Positions 54,393 through 64,000 of a DNA stretch of 64,000 nucleotides are shown piece after piece. The stretch is from Octopus vulgaris (lineage: Eukaryota), in NCBI GenBank assembly GCA_951406725.2, contig OX597821.1, positions 44,392,001-44,456,000 of the forward strand. The letters are read 5' to 3'. A program made the position numbers and the translations under genes. The notes beneath the pieces are model-generated. The model did not search any database. It was not told where the DNA came from and worked only from the letters and a program-made list of their open reading frames with translations. Numbering within the stretch: the first letter of the stretch is position 1; each line of letters starts with the position of its first letter.

Positions 54393-55079
54393 GATGAAAG
54401 TAAATACCACGAGATATTTAGCCCAGTTTATCATCTACAGTTATGATTTCAGTTTGATCAATGAAGGTGAACTACTTTCAATATATTTTCTGTGGGGAAA
54501 TACATAAATAAATTGTATGCTTTAACTGAAACAATTTTATTTTTTGTTGTGGATTTATGTATTTGCAACCTAATCCTGTTAAACTTTCAGTGACTGTTTT
54601 AGAGAACTACTACTAATTCTATCGTTAGGAACATAAACTAGTGCTGGAATCGGTGGGAGAGAGGTGGGCTGTAGAATAACCTGACAGTTATATTATCATC
54701 TTCATCATCATTTAATGTCCACTTTCCCATGCCTGCATGGGTCAGGCTGAATTTGTTGAAGCAGGTTTTCTTCTGTCCGATGGTTTTCCTTTCGCCAAGC
54801 CTGACTTGTTTCCAAACAAGGGAATATTCCCAGATGAGCAAATATGTCTTTCACAGAAGACTGGAACCAAACATTGTTTGTATAATGACGATGCTCATTT
54901 ATAACCATTACGTGATATTCACACACACACATATGCACACACATGCATGCACATACACACAGAAACACCACACACACACATGCACTCACACACACACACA
55001 TACACACATATTCCCGCACACACACACACAGACACACACACACATGCACAAACACACAGACATAGACACACACACAAAC

Positions 55080-55240
55080 AAGGGGCTTCTTTCTCTTTCT
55101 ATCTACCAAATCCACTTACAAGGCTTTGGCCAGCCTGGGACTGTAGTGGAAGACACTTGTCCAAGATGTCTGCACACCAGGACTGGACCTGATATCATGT
55201 GATTAGAAAGTATATTTCTCAACCAGACAGTCACACCTGT
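55080..55240 (-). mobile_element. SINE family B, 5' part
   Basis: CTACCAAATCCACTTACAAGGCTTTGG...GAAGACACTTGTCCAAG. Confidence 0.8.
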
Positions 55241-55789
55241 ACCGACCTGATATGCAACTGAAAATCTATTGCACCAAAACCCGACCACAAATAGATGCAC
55301 CAACCTCCACACAATGCCTGCATGATGCTATCACCTTATATATATTCTCTTCCAAAACCCCCATCTTCATCAACCCCAACATTATCTTCATTATCAACAT
55401 GGTTTAGAAGAAAATATTTTTTCCAGAAAATCTTTCCAGATAATTATAAATACAAAGTGAAATTAATTAGAATTATTTTGAATATTTTAACCTAGATTTC
55501 CATATATTTTTGAATATTAATTAGAGAGGAGCAACATCCATGACCAGCATAGGCCACCAAATGTTAATGACAGTTAATACAGTCTTCATTAAATGGAAAG
55601 ACTGAGGTTAATATACAATTAAAAAAGGCCCTCTCATAATAGCAAGATCACTAAGGTTAATATTCACTGAATATAGGTTTTCACTTAGTGGTGAGATCAG
55701 AGAAGTTAATATTCAGTTCATAGATCATTTTTGATGGATTTATTGAGGTTATGCATTTGGTCTTTCAAGGAGAGGATCTAAGGTGGTGG

Positions 55790-57375
55790 GGGGAGGTAAA
55801 TAATAATGAATTTAAGAGAGAATGGGTAAATTTTATGAATTTAGGTGAAGGAGGGTAAATTATAATGAATTTAGATGGAGGTGGGTAAATTATAATAAAT
55901 TTAGGATAGATGAGAAAATTATAATGAAACTAAGTAGAAGTGGGTAAATTTTAATTAATTTAGTTGGAGGTGGGTAAATTATAATGAATTTGATTGGGGT
56001 GAATAAGTTTTAATGAATTTTGGTGGAGATGAGTAAATTATGATATATTTAAGGAAGGTGGAAAAATTATAATGAAGTGGAGGAGGGTAAATTTTAATCA
56101 ATTTGGGTGGAGGTGAGTAAGTTATAATAAATTTAGATAGAGGTGGGGAAGTTATAATGAATTTACTTGAGGTGGGTAAATAATGATAAATTTAAATACA
56201 AGTAGATAAATTATAATGAATTTAGGTGGAGATGGGTAAATTATAATGAATTTAGGTGTGGGACATAAATATAAGGAATTTAAGTAGAGGTGGATAAATT
56301 ATGACAAATTTAGATAGAGGTGGGTAAACTATAGTGACTTTAGAAGAGGATAGGCAAATTATAATGATTTTAGGTGCAGACTGGTAAACTTAACCTAGTT
56401 GGAGGTGAATTTGAGTAGAGGTGGCTAAATTGTAGTGAATTTAGGTGGGGATAGATAAATTAAAATGAATTTGTTGGAGATGGGTAAATTTTAAGGAATT
56501 TAACTGGAGATGATTAAATTATAATGAATTCAGAGGAGGATGGGTAAATTTAAGAAATTTAGAAGGGTGGGTAACTTATAATAAATTTAGGTGAAGGTAG
56601 GTAAATTATATTGAATTTGGATGAAGGTGGGTAAATTGTAATGAATTTAGGTGGAGATTATGAAATTATAATAGATTTAGTTGGAGGTAAATGATGATGA
56701 ATTTAGCAGAAGTTATGTAAATCATAATGAATTTAGGTGGAGGTGGGTAAATTATAATGAATTTAGGCATTTGAAATAAATTATAATGGAAGTCAGTGAA
56801 GATGGATAAATCATGATGAATTTAGGTGGAAGTGAGTAAATTTAATAAACTTAGTTGAAGGTGGGTAAATTACGATGGATTTGAGTAGAGGTGGGTAAAT
56901 TATAGTGCATTTAGTGAAGGGTTGGTAAATTATAATTATTTTAGGTGAAGGTGGGTGGACTTAATGAATTTAGTTGGAGGTGGATAAATTATAATGAATT
57001 TGAGTAGAGGTGGCTAAATTATTGTGCATTTAGGTGGAGGATATAAATTATAGAAAATTTAGGTGGACATGGGTAAATTACAATTGTTAGAGGTGGGTAA
57101 ATTTTAACGAATTTAGAGCAAGGTTGGTAAATTTAATGAATTTTGAAGGGTTGGTAGATAATAATAAATTTGGATGCAGGAGTAATAAATTTTGTTGGAG
57201 GTAGGTAAATTTTAATGAATTTAGATGGGTATTTTGCAATGAATTTAAAGGATGAAGCTAGGTTATAATGAATTTAGTTGTAGATGGATAAATTGTGATG
57301 AATTTAATTAAGATTGGGTAAATCATAACGAATTTAGGGAGAGGTGAACAAATTATAAGGAATTTAGGTGGAGGT
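55790..57375. repeat. Long minisatellite, about 30 bp unit, roughly 50 degenerate copies
   Basis: Consensus AATTTAGGTGGAGGTGGGTAAATTATAATG; period 30 is visible at 56731-56790. Confidence 0.95.
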
Positions 57376-57746
57376 ATCATGCAGCTTGCTGTTTCAGTTA
57401 AGTAGAGGTTGTGGTAGAAGATGTAGGAGAAGCCTAAAACTGGTTGTAGTGTTTTGACAAGTGCATCTGTGAAGTAATCTTGGATGTTTCTGTTCATAAA
57501 ATTTTTAAACATCTACAAATATGAGTCAGACTTAATTTTCTTAGAGAATCAGATACTGATCAGTGCTGAAACTCTCCCTGATACCATCATGTTAGGAATG
57601 CTTGTTTGCATATGAGTTCAAGGAAGATATTGCGTAACTTTTCAAGAGATTTTGAATGTTCCAGAAAAATATTTGAAATGTTGTATGTTGTCTTTATAGC
57701 AAACCTTGAAATAGGATGAAACCATTCTGGTTGTAAAGAAGAGCCA

Positions 57747-57786
<40 letters not shown>

Positions 57787-57787
<1 letters not shown>

Positions 57788-58110
57788 ATCATCATCATCA
57801 TTTGACGTCCATTGTCCATGCTGGCATGGGTTGGACAGTTTGACCAGAGCTGGTAAGCAGAGGGGCTGCGCCAGACTCCAGTTTGATTTGGCATGGTTTC
57901 TACTGCTGGATACCCTTCCTAATGCCAACCACTCATAGAGTGTAATGGGTGCTCTTACATGCAACTGGCACCGGTGCCAGTTGCATGACACTAGTATCTG
58001 CCACAACTACAATTTCACTTGGCTTGATGGGGTTTCTTCTCAAGCACTGCATACTGCCAAAAGTCTCAGTCATTTGTCATCGTCTCTGTGAGGCCCAATA
58101 CTCAAAAGGT
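57787..58110 (-). mobile_element. RTE-tailed element flanked by (TA)n
   Basis: (ATC)n-ATTTGACGTCCATTGTCCATGCTGGCATGGG...GGATACCCTTCCTAATGCCAACC. Confidence 0.85.
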
Positions 58111-58200
<90 letters not shown>

Positions 58201-58209
58201 AAGGTGTGT

Positions 58210-59350
58210 TATGAGAATCTATAGAACAAGTATTCTATAGAAACTCAACAAACTGTTAAAGATAGAGAAGAGAAGATGTTAAAAATTTGAAAAGAATTTT
58301 ATCCATGCATACAATCGTTTCAAACAGCAATATTAACATGTAAATAAAATGGTAGAAAATTAGAAATTGATTTAATTAAAATTAAATTAATTACATATTA
58401 GTGTTCTCTTCAGTGCAAAAAAAGAATACATGAAAAAAATAATATTATTATTGTTACAGAAGACTTGATGGAGTGAGTATCACATAACATATTCAGATAT
58501 ACATATTATCCTAATGAAAGATTAAGACCATGCTAAGATAGTGTTGTTGAGTCTAGTTGTGTATGAACTAAAACTGATGTGGCTAACAGTTATTTGAAAA
58601 TATTAGTGAAAGATGTTTAAGAAACATTTGCTCTGTATGAAAATAAGTAATTAAGTGATATACACTCCATATAAAGCATTTATCATAAGCAGTAAAATAT
58701 AATATATATGAGCGTCCAATGGAACAGCATAGCTATATTTAATTTAATATTTGATTTGACAGTTATAAGTGATATATAAGAAATATTAAGTATGGTGTAT
58801 ATTTAAAGAAATTATTTAAAGAAATTATTTAAAGAAAGAGAATTTCTTGTGTGTGAATAAGAAATAGAAAGTAGTTAATATAGTTTTATTTAAGCTACTT
58901 GAATTCCAAACGAAAAAAGATATGGAGTTGTGAGGGAGTACTTAATAGTTTTATATAATGGGAAAAAATCTTTTTAGTGTAAAAACTTATATTCATTTGT
59001 GTGAAATAAATATAAGATAAAGAAATAAAGATAGAAGAATAGTTGTTAATGTTACAGAATTAAGAAAGAAAATACTTGCTATGGCTAAGAATACTGAAAA
59101 AAAAAACGTTCAATGATAATGAAGTATTTTTGAGAGGTTGAGAGAAAAAAAATAACAATGTAGTGGAGATAAGGCTGAGACAAAGTCGTAAAAATGTTTT
59201 TGAAATAAGTTGTACTTTTCTATATTTTGTAGCGTGATTATGTTTTTGTATGAATAATAAAAATTACAATATGAGTTGAAATCTAGCTTGGCATAAAGGG
59301 GGTGAGAAGTCTATAGTAATATTTTATAAATAATTGTCTAACTTAGATAA
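58210..59350 (+). mobile_element. Possible highly decayed AT-rich Penelope-like ORF
   Basis: A-rich, with faint remnants only (YHKQ...PM at about 58680-58722; KNVFEISC at about 59191-59214). Confidence 0.25.
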
Positions 59351-59564
59351 TGGTAAATGTGAATATAAGAAAAAAAATTATTTATTTATTTATGGAGTAA
59401 TAGGTGCGAAAATATGTCTATTAAAAATACGAGAAGTAATTCATATATTAAAATTCCTATCAAAGAAAAGAATATTAGTTTATATATAAAGTTAATCCAA
59501 ACAAGAAAACACAGAAAAAAAGAGAAAAAAACACAGCAATGCAGGACGTGGAACAATTAAAGTA

Positions 59565-59632
59565 TTATTGACGCTCAGGAAAGAAGGGAAGGAGGGTTTA
59601 ACGTTTCGAGCGGAGCTCTTCGTCGGAAACAA
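59565..59632 (-). ncRNA. Minimal hammerhead ribozyme motif (CCGACGA core variant) in a short PLE-type repeat
   Basis: Minus: GTTT-CCGACGA-A-GAGC(tcc)GCTC-GAAA-CG-TT-AAAC with palindromic AACGTT; alternatively ACGTT pairs with downstream AGCGT giving a GUC site at 59570-59572. CpGs are intact. Confidence 0.65.
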
Positions 59633-59733
59633 GGAGAAGGAAATATCCCAAGGAGGGAAGACAGAGGAGAAAATATTTGAGCTGGTGGTGCTTAAGAGAT
59701 CACATGTTGAAAGAACAGTTTATATATATATAT

Positions 59734-59774
<41 letters not shown>

Positions 59775-60129
59775 CATACTGATACATTTACAGGGAACAA
59801 GTCTACGAGAAAAAGTGTATGTGGTACTACGTATTCTAGCAATATTTAATTTATTCTATTTTAAATTGAGGGTAGATGTGGCAGATAGGACACCGTACGA
59901 TGATAATGAACATACTTATAATGGTGTAAAGACATGGACAAAAATAATATATAGGTATCATTATAAATTAGCTATAGACTCTTTCACTTTCTTATCACCA
60001 TCCTTAAATGTACTTAACACATGCACATACATTTATGCTTATACACACACATACATTTTGTTCTCATGACGGTCTGTCTATTATTCTGTATATATGATGC
60101 ATACACAAACACAAACACACACACACACA

Positions 60130-60291
60130 TATACGACAGGGTTCCTTTCTCAGTTCACATCTACCAAATCCACTCAGAAGGCTTTGGTCGGCCTGAGGTA
60201 TAGCAGAAGATGCTTACCAAGGGTGCCTCACAGTGGGACTGAACCCAGAACCATGTAGTTGGGAAGCAAGCTTCATACCACATAGCCATGC

Positions 60292-60295
<4 letters not shown>
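60130..60295 (-). mobile_element. SINE family B, 5' part
   Basis: Reverse complement of 28239-28400. Confidence 0.8.
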
Positions 60296-60330
<35 letters not shown>

Positions 60331-60424
60331 TATTAGAGACAAAACCACTATTTTGCAAAACAAACAAGGAAAGACTTAATCAATACATAAAATTTTAATA
60401 AATATATATATATATATATATATA

Positions 60425-61417
60425 CAAGGGGGGTACCCAAAAGAAACCAGAACTTTGCAATATTGTTTTATTCACTTTGTTTAACATGTTTACACTTTTT
60501 TCAGCTTCAAAATATTCTCCATTTGAAGCAATGCAATTCTCCAGGTGCATTTTCCACTATTTGAAGCATTACCGAAACTCATGTGAAGTGATGCCTTTTA
60601 ACACCTCCATCGTTTTTTGTTTCACCACTTCCACATCTGCAAATTCCATAGCACCTGCTTTCGTCACCAGTGATGACTCCCGAAATAAGGTCCGGATCAA
60701 CTTTCAACTGTTCTTTCAGTTCATGACAAGCATTCAGTTGTGACTGCTTTTGATCTTCTTTGAGCAAGCAAAGCACAAATTTTGCTATAACTCTTTTTAT
60801 TCACAATTCCTTGCTCAAAATTCATTGGCTGGAGTTCCAGGACACACCAGTCATATTTATTGATATGTTTATGGCAGCATCCTTGTAAACTGTTTGAAGC
60901 ATGACAGCTGTTCCAGTTGCCATTTTCCCCAGTGGTAAAAAGAATTTCATAATGTTTTCATTCATTCAGGAAGTCGATGGTCATCCTAAATGAGGTTGGT
61001 CTTCAACCACCAATCACCATTCTAAAGCGTGCAAACCACTCATAAACTTGTTTTACTTATAGCAGCATCCTAGAAAGCTGTTTGAAGCATGACAACTGTT
61101 TCAGCTACTAAGATCTGTGCATGCATATGTATGTGTGTATGAGTGTGTATATGTATGTATGTATGAGTGTGTATATATATGTATGGTACCCCAGTGGTAA
61201 ACAGAATTTCACACAAGCATGCTGTTCTTTCATTTCAGCCATCACAAAATACAACAAACAGGGGAGAAGCACTGCAAAACAAAGATGCACCATGTGGTCA
61301 TACGATTTCACCAAATGACACCAGTCAACAGACAGATGCATGAGGGTCACATCAAGTGGCTTCTACAATGGGTTTGTCCCACAGAGAACATTTCCATTAT
61401 TTCTGGATACCCCCTCA
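60425..61417 (-). mobile_element. Mariner transposon relic with TIRs and TA flanks
   Basis: TA|CAAGGGGGGTACCCAAAAGAA ... TTTCTGGATACCCCCTCA|TA. Minus frames: MAEMKEQHACVKFC, LLKEDQKQ...VITGDESRCYG (first catalytic D), WKMHLENCIASNGEYFE; internally deleted and partly duplicated. Confidence 0.9.
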
Positions 61418-62614
61418 TATACTAAAGAGTTACTTGACATATGGCAAATATTTTAGGAAATATTCTTTTGCTACCATGGGTAATATAAAGAAATTTAACT
61501 TTCATAAAATTTCTTGGTGAAATAAATATTAATTTTCAAAAGAATAAGTATTTATTACTTTGAAATAAAATTAAAACAAATTTTCCATTTGTATAACTCC
61601 CTCCATAACTACTCTGCATTTACATCCCTCCTCTTTCTCTTCCTTCTTTGCCTCCTTCTCTGCCTTTATGATTTTTTATGTGTGATGGGGAGGACATTAC
61701 TTTACTCACTGCCTGCCATCCAGCATGGTATGTGCACTCATCCAGTACCTCTTATATTAACTCTCTTTGTATTTCTGTTTTACATTCATTCCCTGTCTCT
61801 GTACGTGTTGTAAAGTGTGGCGAAGTCAACCAACCAACCAACATTTATATTGACTATTATTATATAGAGACTTTGTTTCCCAAAACAGCTAAATACTGAG
61901 GAATAGCTTCAATATTTCCTTTCATTACTTACGCCTGTATTATTCTGGTAACTCTGTTTATACCTTTCACAAAACTGGCTTCATAAATGTGCAAACAATA
62001 CTCTATTTTGTGTATCAGATAAAAAAAATCAATCATCAAAGCTAAAAATATCCTAAGGTTTGTAAACAAGAACTTATCACTGTATTTCATTGATTTCAAT
62101 GTCTAATAACGCCATCATATTGTAAAAAAAAATAATAATAAAAAAGAAGGAAAAAAAACATCTTTTCAGTAACAATGTTGAATACTGTGAATATATTAGA
62201 CTACCCAGTGCCTTAAAGTAAAATAATTGTTATATATGTAAATTGCGTATGATGTAAAGAGGAAGTGTAGTCAAATATCTCGATCATTTTTTTTATCTCT
62301 AATGTATTAAATATAGCCATATTTCTAATTATAATTTCTGAACACATTCCATTAAATCATTTTGTTGCATGCTGTTGACCAAGTAGACCTATGTCAAAGA
62401 CAGTCCATCTGTGACCATCCTGTTATTTTACAGACATGTCTAGGACAGCATTATTCATTGTGTTCATTCCTTATTGAAGACAGTAGGGTGTTGTTTGAGA
62501 GAGATGTTGCCATCATTTCTAGCAGGTTAAGCAGCCACTAGCAGTTTTGTAGTACAAATATGCTGGACACTCCAGCATGGCTTGTGCTGTGAATGATGGC
62601 TCAATATTTTTATC

Positions 62615-63090
62615 ACTTTTATCTTTCACATGTTTGAGTCCATGCTGGAACACTGCCTTGGAGTGTTTTGCAGAACAAATTGGCTCCAGTGACGCCAGTA
62701 TTTATTTTTTAAAGTCTGGTAATTATTCTATTGATCTGTTTCACCAAACCATAAAATTACAGGGACATAAATAAACCAACACCGGTTGTCAAGCAATGTA
62801 ATGGGGACAAACACAAGCACAAAGATAAACACATGTATATATGTGTGAGCATGTGTGAATGGATAAACCCTAATCTTTCTATATGTGTGTATATGTGTGA
62901 ATGGATAAACCCTAACCCTTCTATATGTGTGTGAGTGTGTATAATGAGCTTCTACACAGTTTCCATATATCACATTCCCTCACAAGGTATTGATTGAACA
63001 AGGGTAATAGTAGAAGACACTTTCCCAAGCAACACATTGGAATTGAACCTGAAACAATATGGCTGCAAAGAGAACTTCTTAATTACACCT
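62615..63090 (-). mobile_element. SINE family B (degenerate)
   Basis: Reverse-complement tail, body and head separated by an internal microsatellite. Confidence 0.7.
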
Positions 63091-63539
63091 AATTAAAAGA
63101 CTGACAATCTTATTTTTCTAATTTAATTGCCATTCAAACTTCATAGTTCTACTCAACACCCATATAAGTGTCTTATTTGAAGTTGTCATAATTGAAATAT
63201 TTTATAGACTAAGTAACACATCCATTTCCTTAACCTCTGATCTTTTAAAAAATTATATAAAGATTGAATGACAATATTTATGAGATTTCTTGGCTTCTTG
63301 AAGCTATGTATGTTTCATTTCGTTTTCAAGATACAGAATTAAGGAAATGATTGTATATTATGTTGTTGAACATTTAAGCATGCTTTCTCTTTTAGCATTA
63401 GAAACCAACAACACTTTGCCAATTTAAGATATAGTAATTGAACAAGGAGAGTACAAGAAGGATTGAGATGGCAGTCTAGTGTAGTGGAGGTAAGGAAGAA
63501 GACAGTGGTTGTGGTGCAGATGGTGGTGGCAGTGGAAAA

Positions 63540-64000
63540 TGGGGAAGGTTAATAAGAGGGGGGTGGGGAAAGAAGGGGTGTGGTTGGAGGACATGTGGAG
63601 GAGCAGGACATGTTGGGGAGCATGACCTGTAGAGGAGCAGAAGAGGGGGGAGGACGAGAGGGATGGAGGGAGGGGAGGAGGGGGAGGAGAGGGAGGGGGA
63701 GGAGGGAGGGAGGGATGGGATGGGAGGGGGAGGAGAGAGATGGAGGGAGAAGAGGGATGGAGGGAGGAGGAAAGGAGAGATGGAGTGAGAAGGAGGATTG
63801 AAAGAGGAGAGAAGAGAGAAGAGAGGGCAGAGGAGATAGGGAGGTAGAAGAGGAGGAGGTGGAGGAAGAGGAAGATGAAGGGAGAGGAAAGAGGGAAGGG
63901 AAGGAGGAAGAGAGGTGAGAGGTGAGAGGGAAGAGGTGGAGGAAGAAGAAGAGGAGGAGAGAGGGAAGGGGAGGAGATAGGGAGGAGGAAGAGGAGGTAC
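63540..64000. repeat. GA-rich polypurine low-complexity tract
   Basis: Almost exclusively G/A from about 63650. Confidence 0.9.

Noticed and set aside
55790-57375. CRISPR-like repeat-spacer appearance, or a 10-aa repeat protein
   Set aside because: Linkers are about 12 bp and homologous to each other, no cas genes, eukaryotic context; indels and stops break all frames.
62855-62925. CCCTAA telomere-like hexamers
   Set aside because: Only 1-2 copies within a 42-bp local duplication in a SINE microsatellite; not an interstitial telomere array.
63580-63801. G/E/R-rich 73-aa ORF
   Set aside because: Translation of the GA-rich low-complexity tract.

Overview
AT-rich, microsatellite-saturated metazoan DNA. 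The repeat repertoire (tRNA-derived SINEs, RTE-tailed elements ending in (GAT)n, Penelope-like elements, (TA)n/(TACA)n/(TAGA)n tracts) is most consistent with a cephalopod (Octopus-like) genome; this is inferred, not verified. Only one host coding exon is well supported: a + strand terminal exon (3803-4155) encoding the transmembrane helix and cytoplasmic tail of an unidentified single-pass membrane protein, possibly followed by a very long 3' UTR (to about 18.3 kb). The rest is decayed mobile DNA: R4/Dong-like LINE fragments, two non-autonomous Helitrons, two Tc1/mariner relics, a Gypsy pol relic, RTE LINE pieces, Penelope-like elements, many SINEs and several minisatellites. The most notable signal is a set of type I hammerhead ribozyme motifs of different families (about 5.6, 42.2, 48.8, 50.0 and 59.6 kb, plus degenerate or half copies). 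One lies in sense orientation 1.45 kb downstream of the host stop codon. Nearly all listed ORFs are microsatellite artefacts. All identifications were made by eye without database searches.
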